A stretch of 64,000 bases of DNA from Spirochaetota bacterium (lineage in GTDB: Bacteria; Spirochaetota; Spirochaetia; SZUA-6). The stretch lies in NCBI GenBank assembly GCA_013151965.1, contig JAADHF010000131.1:129763-193762 (forward strand), given 5' to 3'. The translations under genes and the position numbers were made by a program. Shown here piece by piece: positions 31,890 to 41,944 of this stretch (position 1 is the stretch's first letter; every line of letters starts with the position of its first letter). The notes under the pieces are model-generated. The model was not told where the DNA came from and did not search any database. It saw only the letters and a list, made by a program, of their open reading frames with translations.

Positions 31890-32874
31890 TGATCTTTTCA
31901 TGCTGGCTGTTAACCGGATAGGATTCCTTCGTCCGTATGAAAAGATAAGCCTTGCGGAATCCGTAAAGGATCCCGGTGATATTTTTGCCTTAAAAAAGAA
32001 ATGCGTAGAATATCTCATGGGAAGAAGATTTCGTGCAGCCTGGATTCCTGAGGAATATCTTAAGTCTGCGGAAAATGATATAAAAAACTTGACCGGAGGA
32101 AAAATTAGCTACACTTTTTATTGGGATACGGATTATCCTCCGCAGCTGCGGGAAATATATGATCCTCCCTTTGTTCTTTTTTATCGCGGAAGAATGCCGG
32201 TATTCGACAGGCCTTTCTTTGCTGTTGTCGGAACACGAAGACCAACCGGAAGGGCTAGAAGAGCGGCAAATACGCTTGCATACGAGCTTGCCGGCTGCGG
32301 AACGGCAGTCGTCTCCGGGCTTGCAAGGGGCATAGATGCCGAGGTTCATCTGGGAGTTCTGGAAAGGGGCGGTTGTACACTGGCAGTTCTTGGTAATGGT
32401 ATCGATTTTGTTTACCCTTCTTCCAACAGACGGATCGGAATAAAAATACTTTTAAGCAGCGGAGCTTTAATAAGTGAATACCCTCCCGGAGAGCCGCCTT
32501 TAAAGTACCATTTTCCTGAAAGGAATAGAATTATAAGCGGCCTTTCGAAAGCCGTGATTATTGTACAGGCTCCTGAAAAATCCGGTGCTCTGATTACAGC
32601 TGACTTTGCACTTGAACAGGGGAGGGACCTTTACGTCCATTCAGCCGGACTTTACGGACAGCAGGGCAGGGGGACAAGACTGTTATATGAGGAAGGTGCA
32701 CCTGTGATAGAATCGGCGGAACAAATTCCGGGACTGGCCGATTGTAAGATGCAGGTGAGCCGTGAAATTTCTGCAAAGACAGGTACGGCAAAATCCGCTG
32801 CCGCTGAACTTGCGGAATCTATGAGAAGAGAGCTTTACGGTGTGCGGGAAACAATGATAAATAATATCTCTTGA
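31876..32874 (+). CDS. dprA: DNA processing protein DprA (Smf).
   Basis: Rossmann-like DprA core VVGTRRPTGRARRAANTLAYELAGCGTAVVSGLARGIDAEVH. Confidence 0.85.
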   Translation: MEKNNDLFMLAVNRIGFLRPYEKISLAESVKDPGDIFALKKKCVEYLMGRRFRAAWIPEEYLKSAENDIKNLTGGKISYTFYWDTDYPPQLREIYDPPFVLFYRGRMPVFDRPFFAVVGTRRPTGRARRAANTLAYELAGCGTAVVSGLARGIDAEVHLGVLERGGCTLAVLGNGIDFVYPSSNRRIGIKILLSSGALISEYPPGEPPLKYHFPERNRIISGLSKAVIIVQAPEKSGALITADFALEQGRDLYVHSAGLYGQQGRGTRLLYEEGAPVIESAEQIPGLADCKMQVSREISAKTGTAKSAAAELAESMRRELYGVRETMINNIS

Positions 32875-32884
32875 AGGATTTGGA

Positions 32885-34999
32885 ATGGCTAAAAATAGTA
32901 CGGAAACATTGATAATTGTCGAATCACCTGCAAAGGCTAAAACGATAGAGAGGTATCTCGGCAGAGGCTATAAGGTGGAAGCTTCCATGGGACACCTTAT
33001 CGATCTGCCCAAGTCGAGAATGGCAATAGATATCGATCACGATTTTGAACCCGAATACATAACGGTGAGAGGAAAAGCAAAGATATTAAAGAACCTCGTT
33101 CAGAAGGCAAAAAAATCTTCCAGGGTACTTCTCGCATCGGATAATGACAGAGAAGGTGAAGCAATTGCATACCATATCAGAAATGCAATCGAAAAGAAAA
33201 ACGGGAATATCGATATACGTAGAATAGTTTTTAATGAAATAACCCCGGGAGCAATAAAAAATGCCGTAAAAAATCCCGACAGTATCAATCTGACAAAAGT
33301 AAATGCACAAAAGGCAAGAAGAATACTGGACAGACTCGTTGGGTATAATTTATCACCGGTACTATGGGAAAAGGTTAAAAACGGTCTTTCGGCAGGCAGA
33401 GTCCAGTCTGTTGCTTTAAGACTTATCTGTGAACGTGAAGCCGAAGTTGAAAAATTTATTCCGGAAGAATACTGGACAGTGGAAGGAGAATTTAAAAAGG
33501 GAAAATCTCTTTTCCTTGCAAAACTGGTAAAGTGGCAGGGTAAAAAACCGGAGATAAAGAGTAACGAAGATGTTGCAGAGATTGTTAACGAACTTAAAGC
33601 TGTAAAAGATTTTATAGTTTCGGATATTAAAATTTCAGATAAAACAATAAGGCCGAGAGCGCCTTTTACCACATCGACATTGCAGCAGGCTGCTGCAAAC
33701 AGACTCGGCTTTACTTCGAGGAGGACGATGAGGATTGCTCAGCAGCTCTACGAAGGCATTAATATTGCTTCGCAGAGAATCGGCCTTATTACCTATATGC
33801 GTACGGATTCCACAAGATTGTCATCAGCGGCGGTCCAGGATGTGAGAAAATTTATTGCAGAGACATTTCCCGGCGAACTGCCCGATAAACCTGTTGTTTA
33901 TGCAGCGAAGAAGGGTGCTCAGGATGCTCATGAGGCTATACGCCCTACATATACAGCTAAAAATCCGGCTAAGATTAAAAAGTACTTAACATCCGAGCAG
34001 TTTAAACTCTATTCGCTCATATGGGAACGGTTTGTTGCTTCGCAGATGAAAAATGCCCGGAGTTTAACGACAGCAGTTGAATTGAGTGCGGGAGGTGCTG
34101 TTTTCAGGGTATCTGCAACGGTTATTGTCGAAAAAGGTTTTCAGAAGGCTTTAAAACTGCTGGCGGTTAAGGAGAAGAATAAAAAACTCCCTGTTCTTAA
34201 AACAGGGGAAACGGTTCAATGTGAAAAATATCATCCGGAACAGCATTTTACTTCGGGTCCTTCACGTTATACGGATGCTTCCATAGTGAAAACAATGGAA
34301 GAGCTTGGAATCGGGAGACCCTCCACATATGCGCCGATTATTTCTGTCCTCCTTGACAGGTACTATGTCAGGCGCATAAATAAACAGCTTGTTCCGACTC
34401 AGTTAGGTAAAATAATCAACGGGCTCCTGGTAAAATCTTTTACAGGCGTTATTAATGCGGATTTTACCGCTACCATGGAAAAACAGCTCGACCTTGTGGA
34501 GGAGGGCAAAACAGACTGGCATTTAATGATCAGAGATTTTTATTTCCCCTTTAAGAAGCAGGTCGATTATGCATTGGAAACCTTAGAGTCGTTTAAGGGT
34601 GTTCTGGATGAGAAAACAGAACACACCTGCGAACTCTGCGGAAAGCCCATGGTAAAAAAACTGGGAAGGTATGGTTTTTTTCTTGCATGTTCGGGTTTTC
34701 CCGAATGTAAAAACACCAAGCCTCTGTCGCTTGCAGACTGTCCCATTCCCGGCTGCACCGGAAAAATTGTCGAGAGAAGGAGCAGGAAGGGAAAAGGAAG
34801 AGGCAAGCTCTTTTACGGCTGCACGAATTATCCCCAATGTGATTTTGTTACATATTATAAGCCCACGAATCAGGAATGTCCGAAATGCGGGCGGTTTTTA
34901 GTGGAAAAATATGATAAACAGCGGGGAACGTATAAATCCTGCATAAACCCGGATTGTGATTATCTTCATACATTGGAAGTAGAGGATCAGAATGCTTAA
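32885..34999 (+). CDS. topA: DNA topoisomerase I.
   Basis: TOPRIM N-terminus LIIVESPAKAKTIERYLG and the active-site region. The C-terminal zinc-ribbon repeats carry Cys pairs (CELCGKPM...CSGFPEC; CPIPGC...CTNYPQC; CPKCG...CINPDC). Confidence 0.95.
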   Translation: MAKNSTETLIIVESPAKAKTIERYLGRGYKVEASMGHLIDLPKSRMAIDIDHDFEPEYITVRGKAKILKNLVQKAKKSSRVLLASDNDREGEAIAYHIRNAIEKKNGNIDIRRIVFNEITPGAIKNAVKNPDSINLTKVNAQKARRILDRLVGYNLSPVLWEKVKNGLSAGRVQSVALRLICEREAEVEKFIPEEYWTVEGEFKKGKSLFLAKLVKWQGKKPEIKSNEDVAEIVNELKAVKDFIVSDIKISDKTIRPRAPFTTSTLQQAAANRLGFTSRRTMRIAQQLYEGINIASQRIGLITYMRTDSTRLSSAAVQDVRKFIAETFPGELPDKPVVYAAKKGAQDAHEAIRPTYTAKNPAKIKKYLTSEQFKLYSLIWERFVASQMKNARSLTTAVELSAGGAVFRVSATVIVEKGFQKALKLLAVKEKNKKLPVLKTGETVQCEKYHPEQHFTSGPSRYTDASIVKTMEELGIGRPSTYAPIISVLLDRYYVRRINKQLVPTQLGKIINGLLVKSFTGVINADFTATMEKQLDLVEEGKTDWHLMIRDFYFPFKKQVDYALETLESFKGVLDEKTEHTCELCGKPMVKKLGRYGFFLACSGFPECKNTKPLSLADCPIPGCTGKIVERRSRKGKGRGKLFYGCTNYPQCDFVTYYKPTNQECPKCGRFLVEKYDKQRGTYKSCINPDCDYLHTLEVEDQNA

Positions 35000-35903
35000 A
35001 CAGTATATCGAGTACCTGCATAGTGTTAAGAATCTGTCGTCTCATTCGATTCGGGCATACGGGAGGGATATTGAAGAATTCATAGTATTCTTAAAAACGA
35101 GGGATAAAGAGATAAAGGACATCGAGCTGGATGATTTAAGGGGTTATATATCCCGGCTTTCCAGAAAAAAGCTGTCTGCAGGAACAATCAACCGAAATAT
35201 GTCCGCTTTAAGAGGATTTATTGGTTTCCTGCGGAAACAGAAGATTCTGGATGTTAATCCCGCTAACGGAGTTCGCAGTTTAAAGACAGGCAGGCAATTG
35301 CCTTCGTTCCTCTTCGAGGAGGAGATGGATAAAATACTGTCTCATGATTTTAAAGATTTCTGGGGTTTAAGGGATAAGACCATATTTGAATTTTTATACT
35401 CTACCGGATGCAGAATATCAGAGGCAACGGCACTTAATACAGGGGATGTGGATTTAAAGAACGGTATGGCCATAGTTCAGGGCAAAGGAAGGAAGGATAG
35501 AATCGTTTTTATCGGTAAAAATGCAAAATCTCTGCTTTCTGAGTACCTTTCCAGGAGAAAGCATTTCACCAGAGGCAGCGATCCCGAATCCCTGAAGGCT
35601 CTCTTTATTAACCATCACGGAAGAAGAATTACCGACAGGGGAGTCCGGTATATTCTTACACGTTTTATTGAACGCGACGAAATTATGAAAAAGGTTACTC
35701 CGCATACATTCAGGCATTCTTTTGCAACGCATATCTTAAACAGAGGTGCTGATATACGTGTAGTGCAGGAACTTTTGGGACATTCAAGCCTTTCGACAAC
35801 ACAAATATACACCCATATAGGGTTGGATAAATTAAAAAAGATCTATCAGGAAGCTCATCCGCATGCCCGGTATATTCCTGAAAATCATAGGCAGGTGAGG
35901 TAA
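34992..35903 (+). CDS. xerC: Tyrosine recombinase XerC/CodV-like.
   Basis: [39 protein letters not shown]. Position is topA-xerC-hslV-hslU, as in B. subtilis (topA-trmFO-codV-clpQ-clpY), which has trmFO between topA and codV. Confidence 0.85.
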   Translation: MLKQYIEYLHSVKNLSSHSIRAYGRDIEEFIVFLKTRDKEIKDIELDDLRGYISRLSRKKLSAGTINRNMSALRGFIGFLRKQKILDVNPANGVRSLKTGRQLPSFLFEEEMDKILSHDFKDFWGLRDKTIFEFLYSTGCRISEATALNTGDVDLKNGMAIVQGKGRKDRIVFIGKNAKSLLSEYLSRRKHFTRGSDPESLKALFINHHGRRITDRGVRYILTRFIERDEIMKKVTPHTFRHSFATHILNRGADIRVVQELLGHSSLSTTQIYTHIGLDKLKKIYQEAHPHARYIPENHRQVR

Positions 35904-35905
35904 GT

Positions 35906-36442
35906 ATGAAGAAAATCAGAGGAACTACCATTATTGCTGTTCGAAGAAATAAAGAGCTGGCAATGGCGGGTGACGGGCAGGTCACCATGGGTAATACTAT
36001 TATGAAGGGAAATGCAAAAAAGGTGCGGAAAATATTCGGCGGTAAAATTGTAGTCGGATTTGCCGGAGCCACTGCAGATGCATTTACACTGTTTGAAAAA
36101 TTCGAGAATAAGGTAAAAGAGTATGGGGGAGATTTAACACGGGCGGCAGTTGAACTTGCAAAAGACTGGCGGACAGACAGAATATTAAGAAAATTGGAAG
36201 CGCTTCTCCTGGTTGCAAATAAAAAGAATATCCTTCTGATATCCGGTACCGGTGATGTAATAGAACCGGAAGAGGGCATTATAGCAATCGGTTCGGGCGG
36301 TAACTATGCATATGCCGCAGCAAGGGCATATATGGAAGCAACGGAATTATCCGCTAAAGAGATCGCCGAAAAATCGTTAAACATCGCTTCCGATATCTGT
36401 ATCTATACCAATAAGGAGATTCTCGTGGAGGAAATAAAATGA
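35906..36442 (+). CDS. hslV: ATP-dependent protease subunit HslV (ClpQ).
   Basis: [21 protein letters not shown], the Ntn-hydrolase Thr pair, preceded by a 6-aa leader MKKIRG. Confidence 0.9.
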   Translation: MKKIRGTTIIAVRRNKELAMAGDGQVTMGNTIMKGNAKKVRKIFGGKIVVGFAGATADAFTLFEKFENKVKEYGGDLTRAAVELAKDWRTDRILRKLEALLLVANKKNILLISGTGDVIEPEEGIIAIGSGGNYAYAAARAYMEATELSAKEIAEKSLNIASDICIYTNKEILVEEIK

Positions 36443-37794
36443 AAGTGGATCTGGATAAACTTACTCCGGAAGAGATAGTCAGGGAACTTGACAGGTACAT
36501 AATCGGACAGGATAAGGCAAAACGTTCGGTAGCCATTGCTTTAAGGAACAGAATGAGAAGGCAGAAACTGCCGGATGAATTAAGGGATGAGGTCGCCCCA
36601 AAAAATATTATAATGATAGGGCCCACAGGAGTCGGAAAAACCGAGATTGCACGAAGGCTTTCCAAACTAAGCGGAGCACCCTTTGTAAAGGTGGAGGCGA
36701 CAAAATATACGGAAGTAGGTTATGTGGGGAGAGATGTGGAGTCGATGGTGAGGGATCTCGTTTCCGTTGCCGTATCGATGGTAAAATCCGAGATGCAGGA
36801 AGAGGTAAGAGAGGAGGCGGAAAAGAGAGCCGAAGAAGGCCTTATCGATCTTCTGCTCCCCGGTGTAAAAAAGGGAACACCGGAAGAAACCGTAACGATT
36901 ACGGATAATTCTGATAAGAGCGATACACGCGAGAAGTTTAAGAAGATGCTCCGTGAGAAAAAACTGGATGATAAGCTTGTGGAGATTAATGTTACTCATT
37001 CGAGTTTTCCCTCCATAGAGATATTTTCAGGAACTTCTTTCGAAGAGATGGGGGTTAATTTCGGAAATCTCTCCAATATGTTCGGCGGAAAGAAGAAAAG
37101 AAAAAAGGTTACCGTAAAGCAGGCAAGGGAGATACTCTTAAACGAGGAGATGGATAAGTTAATAGATATGGATAGGGTATCCGAAACCGCCGTACAGAGA
37201 GCTCAGGATATGGGTATTATTTTTCTCGATGAACTGGATAAGATAGCTTCCAAGGACAGCAAAGTCGGAGTGGATGTTTCCAGAGAAGGTGTGCAGAGAG
37301 ATATACTTCCTATTGTGGAGGGAAGCAAGGTAAATACACGGTACGGAATGATCGATACATCACATATTCTCTTTATTGCAGCCGGAGCTTTCCATATAAG
37401 CAAGCCTTCAGATTTAATACCGGAACTTCAGGGAAGGTTTCCCCTTCGTGTGGAACTGCAGGCCCTGACGAGTGAGGATTTTAAGAAGATACTTACACAG
37501 CCGAGAAATGCCCTTATTATACAGTACAGGGAACTTCTTAAAACAGAGGAAGTGGAACTGGAATTTACGGACGAAGCAATAGAAAAAATATCGGTTATAG
37601 CAATGGATGTAAATTCACGGACGGAAAACATCGGTGCGAGGAGGCTTCATACGATTCTGGAGCTCGTGCTCGAGGATGTCTCGTTTCGTGCACCGAATTT
37701 AAAGGGGCAGAAGATCGTTATTACGGATGACTATGTCGAGGATAAACTTCGGGATATCGTACAGGACAGGGATCTTGCCAGATTTATTCTGTAA
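36439..37794 (+). CDS. hslU: ATP-dependent protease ATPase subunit HslU (ClpY).
   Basis: [47 protein letters not shown] overlap with hslV. Confidence 0.95.
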   Translation: MKVDLDKLTPEEIVRELDRYIIGQDKAKRSVAIALRNRMRRQKLPDELRDEVAPKNIIMIGPTGVGKTEIARRLSKLSGAPFVKVEATKYTEVGYVGRDVESMVRDLVSVAVSMVKSEMQEEVREEAEKRAEEGLIDLLLPGVKKGTPEETVTITDNSDKSDTREKFKKMLREKKLDDKLVEINVTHSSFPSIEIFSGTSFEEMGVNFGNLSNMFGGKKKRKKVTVKQAREILLNEEMDKLIDMDRVSETAVQRAQDMGIIFLDELDKIASKDSKVGVDVSREGVQRDILPIVEGSKVNTRYGMIDTSHILFIAAGAFHISKPSDLIPELQGRFPLRVELQALTSEDFKKILTQPRNALIIQYRELLKTEEVELEFTDEAIEKISVIAMDVNSRTENIGARRLHTILELVLEDVSFRAPNLKGQKIVITDDYVEDKLRDIVQDRDLARFIL

Positions 37795-37841
37795 TATAGC
37801 AGTGCGGATCAGCCGAAAATATGAGTTGGAGGAAGTGATAA

Positions 37842-38258
37842 ATGTTTTTCAGCGGAGCCTTTGGTAAGAACGTAGATATCATACAGCGCGAACTCGATGT
37901 ATCTATTATGAGGAGAAACGTGATTGCAAATAATATAGCAAACTCGGACACTCCGAATTTTAAAAGAACCGTAGTAAATTTCGAATCACAGCTGAAACGA
38001 GCCCTGGATTCGGAAAAAGTAAAGCCTTTTCCTGAAGTGCTGACGGATAAACGGCATATCCCCTTTTATCAGTCTGTAGATTACAGAAAGGTAAAACCGA
38101 GGAGAGTACTGGATTATCTTACCACTTCAAAGAACAATGGGAATAATGTGGATATCGAAGTGGAAATGATGAATGCACTGGAGAACCAGATGCTCTACCA
38201 GACACTTGTGCAGTCCATTTCCAGTGAATTCGCAAGAGTTAATCTTGTACTGAGATAA
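37842..38258 (+). CDS. flgB: Flagellar basal-body rod protein FlgB.
   Basis: N-terminal rod motif IANNIANSDTPNFKR. Confidence 0.9.
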   Translation: MFFSGAFGKNVDIIQRELDVSIMRRNVIANNIANSDTPNFKRTVVNFESQLKRALDSEKVKPFPEVLTDKRHIPFYQSVDYRKVKPRRVLDYLTTSKNNGNNVDIEVEMMNALENQMLYQTLVQSISSEFARVNLVLR

Positions 38259-38283
38259 AAATAGATGAGCAGGAGATAATAGA

Positions 38284-38742
38284 ATGGGTATTTTTTCAAG
38301 CATAAATATTGCTGCAAGCGGTTTATCGGCACAGAGAACACGGCTCGATGTTATTGCAAATAATATCGCGAATGTTAACACGACAAGGACAACAGAAGGC
38401 GGACCTTTCAGAAGAAGCAGGGTAATATTCCGTCCGAGGGTTTCGCAGCCCTACTGGAGAAGTCCTTTTTTGCCGGGATATCTGGATAACGGAGTCGGCA
38501 AGGGTGTCCGGATTGTGAAGATAGAGAAGGACCGCGATTCGAAGCCGAGGCTGGTTTACGATCCGACACATCCCGATGCGATTAAGAGCGGTCCGAGAAA
38601 GGGTTATGTGGAGTATCCGAATGTAAATATTGTTAATGAAATGGTGGATATGATTTCCGCGTCGCGGTCATACGAGGCTAATGTTTCGGTTATCGACGGC
38701 ACCAAAAGTATGTTTCTTAAAGCTTTAGAGATAGGGAGGTAG
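38284..38742 (+). CDS. flgC: Flagellar basal-body rod protein FlgC.
   Basis: ASGLSAQRTRLDVIANNIANVNTTRT and the C-terminal YVEYPNVNIVNEMVDMISASRSYEAN. Confidence 0.9.
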   Translation: MGIFSSINIAASGLSAQRTRLDVIANNIANVNTTRTTEGGPFRRSRVIFRPRVSQPYWRSPFLPGYLDNGVGKGVRIVKIEKDRDSKPRLVYDPTHPDAIKSGPRKGYVEYPNVNIVNEMVDMISASRSYEANVSVIDGTKSMFLKALEIGR

Positions 38743-38746
38743 ATAG

Positions 38747-39079
38747 ATGAACTTTTTTACTCCTGGTCAGGTAAACGGACAGGTTGTTACGATGTTAAAG
38801 ACAAATCCGCGGCATTTCGGTTCTGCTGCTGATACCGTAAAAGAGAAGGGAAATTCCGAAAAGAATTTCGGTAATCTGCTTCTTAATGCATTGAGCTCGG
38901 TTAATAACGATCAGCACAAAAGTATGGATTTAACGCAGAAGATGATTACCGATCCCGATTCCGTTAATATCCATGATGTAACAATTGCCCTTGCAAAGGC
39001 CAATCTGTCATTGGCCATGACAAAGGCAATTGCTGATAAAGCGATAAGTGCCTACAGACAAATTGTCAATATAAGGTAA
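38747..39079 (+). CDS. fliE: Flagellar hook-basal body protein FliE.
   Basis: The C-terminal conserved FliE segment is DVTIALAKANLSLAMTKAIADKAISAYRQIVNIR. Confidence 0.85.
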   Translation: MNFFTPGQVNGQVVTMLKTNPRHFGSAADTVKEKGNSEKNFGNLLLNALSSVNNDQHKSMDLTQKMITDPDSVNIHDVTIALAKANLSLAMTKAIADKAISAYRQIVNIR

Positions 39080-39132
39080 AAATACTTGAAATACGACGGT
39101 CTGTAACGGCAGCTAAGAAATAGGGAGGGGAA

Positions 39133-40842
39133 ATGAACGAATGGTTAAAAAAACTGGTTGAACAGATCACGGCACTCTGGGAGAAATGGACTGCAACCCA
39201 GAAGATTATACTGTTTTCTGTTATAGGTGTTTCGGTTGTAGCTATAATCTTAATTGTAACATTCAGTGCATCTCCGAGTATGGTGCCTCTGCTGCGTTCT
39301 CCTATTACGGATGAAAATTACATGTCCAGAATAGAAGGGCGATTGGATGTCGAAGGAGTCAGGTATCAGGTGCGTTCCGATAAGGTTATAATGGTTCCTG
39401 ATGAGCAGACAGCGAGAAGAATGCGTGCAATTCTGGTACGGGAAGATCTTATCCCTCCCAAAACCAATCCGTGGGCTATCTTCGATTTGCAGCGGTGGAC
39501 TATTACGGATTTCGAAAGGAATGTTAATCTGCAGAGGGCGATAACAAAGAGCCTGGAACAGCATATTCTTGCCCTCGATGATATAGATGCTGTGAGTGTA
39601 ACACTCGTTGTGCCCAAGAAGGAACTGTTTTCCGAGGATCAGAATCCGGTTACCGCTTCCGTAATAATTACTCCCAAACCAGGTTCCGATTTTACACAGA
39701 ACAGAAAAAAGATAGAAGGAGTTGTTAAACTCATTAAGTATGCCGTAGCCGGATTAAAGGATGATAATATCGTCATAACGGATGAGAATGGTATCCAGCT
39801 TAACGATTTTAAGGATTTAAGGGATGTCGATAGGATAGATATTGCAAAAAGAGAAATTAAAACGAAAACGGATCTGGAACGGCAGTACCAGAATGAAATT
39901 ATGGGGTCATTACAAAACATTTTCGGAAAGGAGAGGGTGGAAATTGTAAAACTCGATATAAATCTCGATATGAGTCAGGAGACAATTAAAACAGAGGAAC
40001 ATTTTCCCATTACAATGAAAAAGGACAACCCCCTGACTCCTTACGATGAAACGGTAGTAACTCCATCCATCACTATTTCCAAGCAGACAACCGATGAAAA
40101 ATTCCAGGGAACAGGTTTTAATCCGGAGGGACCTCCGGGACAGGAAGGACAGACGCCTCCCGCTTATAAAGACCTTTCCAATCTTGTAGGCAAATATTCT
40201 AAAAATTCAGTGACTCAGAATGAAGTTGTTAACACGAAGAATATTGTGGAGAAAAAAAGTCCCTGGGCGATCAAGAGACTAACGGTATCGGTGGCCCTGG
40301 ATGGTATATGGAAAAAGAAGTATGATGATAAGGGACAGGTAATGGTAAATCCGGATGGAAGTATTAAAAGAGAATACGTACCGGTACCGGATGAAGATGT
40401 CAGGAAGGCAATTGCGCTTGTAAAAGACGCCATCGGCTATGATAAAAACAGGGGTGATTCGGTAACGGTAGAGGCACTTCAGTTCGACCGGACAAGCCAG
40501 TTCGAACAGGAAGATGCACAGTTCAGAAAGCAGATGCAGTTAAAGCGAACAATGGTTACTATAATTCTGGCCCTGGGTGTACTGTTTCTTGCCGCTATAA
40601 TGTACAGGTTTATATCGAAGGAGATGGAAAGGCGGAGAAGGCTCAGGGAAGAAGAGCTGGCACGCCAGCACCAGGCTATGCGTGAAGCCGCTTTGAGAAG
40701 CGCCGAAGAACAGGGTGTGGAAGTGGAGCTCTCCATAGAGGAAAGGGCACGCCTGGAGATGCAGGAAAATGCCATAAATATGGCCAGGGAACATCCGGAA
40801 GATGTAGCTCAGTTAATCAGGACCTGGCTTATAGAGGAGTAA
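39133..40842 (+). CDS. fliF: Flagellar MS-ring protein FliF.
   Basis: 569 aa. N-terminal TM (IILFSVIGVSVVAIILIV), a central secretin/YscJ-like region, a second TM (MVTIILALGVLFLAAIM) and a cytoplasmic tail. Confidence 0.9.
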   Translation: MNEWLKKLVEQITALWEKWTATQKIILFSVIGVSVVAIILIVTFSASPSMVPLLRSPITDENYMSRIEGRLDVEGVRYQVRSDKVIMVPDEQTARRMRAILVREDLIPPKTNPWAIFDLQRWTITDFERNVNLQRAITKSLEQHILALDDIDAVSVTLVVPKKELFSEDQNPVTASVIITPKPGSDFTQNRKKIEGVVKLIKYAVAGLKDDNIVITDENGIQLNDFKDLRDVDRIDIAKREIKTKTDLERQYQNEIMGSLQNIFGKERVEIVKLDINLDMSQETIKTEEHFPITMKKDNPLTPYDETVVTPSITISKQTTDEKFQGTGFNPEGPPGQEGQTPPAYKDLSNLVGKYSKNSVTQNEVVNTKNIVEKKSPWAIKRLTVSVALDGIWKKKYDDKGQVMVNPDGSIKREYVPVPDEDVRKAIALVKDAIGYDKNRGDSVTVEALQFDRTSQFEQEDAQFRKQMQLKRTMVTIILALGVLFLAAIMYRFISKEMERRRRLREEELARQHQAMREAALRSAEEQGVEVELSIEERARLEMQENAINMAREHPEDVAQLIRTWLIEE

Positions 40843-40845
40843 GAA

Positions 40846-41922
40846 ATGGCCAAGAGAGGAAAAACCGCAACGGCCCCACCGGCAGCAGGGAAAAAGGGTG
40901 TTCAGGCGGGCGGTGCGCATAAAAGACAGCTTTCGGGGAGACAGAAGGCCGCTGTATTTCTTGTTACTCTCGGGTCTGAAATATCTGCGGAAATATTTAA
41001 AAACTTAAGAGAAGATGAAATCGAACAGCTTACATTCGAAATCGCGCGGTTAGAGAATATAGAGCCGGAAGAACGCGATCAGGTTCTTGTCGAATTCCAG
41101 GAACTCATGATGGCCCAGGATTTTATTTCTACCGGCGGAATCGATTATGCGCGTGAATTACTCGAGAAATCACTCGGCACCCAGAAAGCCGTTGATATAA
41201 TAAACAGGTTAACAAGCTCTCTGCAGGTAAGACCCTTTGATTTTATAAGAAGAACCGACCCCGCGCATCTTTTAAACTTTATTCAGCAGGAACATCCTCA
41301 AACGATAGCACTTATTCTTGCATACCTGGAACCTCAGAAAGCCTCGATAATTCTATCAAGTCTTCCCCATGAGGTTCAGTCCGATGTGGCGAAACGAATT
41401 GCGACAATGGATAGAACATCGCCGGAAGTCCTGCGGGAAGTGGAACGGGTGCTGGAGAAAAAACTTTCCACACTTTCTTCCGAAGATTATACGGCAGCGG
41501 GCGGAGTGGAGAGTATCGTTGAAATTCTCAACCTGGTTGACAGGTCTACTGAAAAGACAATTATAGAATCACTCGAAGAGGATGATCCGGAACTTGCCGA
41601 GGAAATCAAGAAGAGAATGTTTGTATTCGAGGATATAGTACTTCTCGATGACAGGGCTATACAGAAGGTATTAAGAGAGGTGGATACAACGGAACTTGCA
41701 AAGGCGCTTAAGGCGGTCGATTCGGAGGTTCAGGATAAAATATTCAGGAATATGTCGAAACGGGCTGCAACATTGTTAAAGGAAGATATGGACTATATGG
41801 GCCCCATCCGTCTAAAGGATGTCGAGGAATCACAGCAGAAAATTGTATCCATTATCAGGAAGCTCGAAGAGCAGGGTGAAATCGTTGTTGCCCGTGCAGG
41901 TGAGGATGAGCTGGTTGTGTAA
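40846..41922 (+). CDS. fliG: Flagellar motor switch protein FliG.
   Basis: FliG N-terminal, middle and C-terminal helices (AAVFLVTLGSEISAEIFKNL...EDMDYMGPIRLKDVEESQQKIVSIIRKLEEQGEI). Confidence 0.9.
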   Translation: MAKRGKTATAPPAAGKKGVQAGGAHKRQLSGRQKAAVFLVTLGSEISAEIFKNLREDEIEQLTFEIARLENIEPEERDQVLVEFQELMMAQDFISTGGIDYARELLEKSLGTQKAVDIINRLTSSLQVRPFDFIRRTDPAHLLNFIQQEHPQTIALILAYLEPQKASIILSSLPHEVQSDVAKRIATMDRTSPEVLREVERVLEKKLSTLSSEDYTAAGGVESIVEILNLVDRSTEKTIIESLEEDDPELAEEIKKRMFVFEDIVLLDDRAIQKVLREVDTTELAKALKAVDSEVQDKIFRNMSKRAATLLKEDMDYMGPIRLKDVEESQQKIVSIIRKLEEQGEIVVARAGEDELVV

Positions 41923-41944
41923 ACAACGGCCGGAGGTAAGATAA

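Noticed and set aside
33100-33672. Long antisense ORFs inside large conserved genes. Examples: 33100-33672 in topA, 42987-43550 in fliI, 46938-47573 in flgE, 56920-57492 in flhA, 35710-36279 across xerC/hslV.
   Set aside because: They lie opposite strongly conserved coding sequence. Their products are low-complexity or Ser/Pro/Cys-rich, which is typical of antisense translation. No start context is visible.
30190-35903. Two tyrosine recombinases within 6 kb as a possible integrative or mobile element.
   Set aside because: Both are Xer/CodV-type with housekeeping neighbours in conserved synteny (dprA-topA-codV-hslVU). No tRNA, att-like direct repeats, phage genes or compositional shift are visible.
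35906-35926. A 6-residue leader (MKKIRG) preceding the HslV catalytic Thr-Thr.
   Set aside because: Short propeptides or N-terminal extensions occur in HslV/ClpQ homologues such as B. subtilis CodW. There is no alternative in-frame start. It is not anomalous enough to flag.
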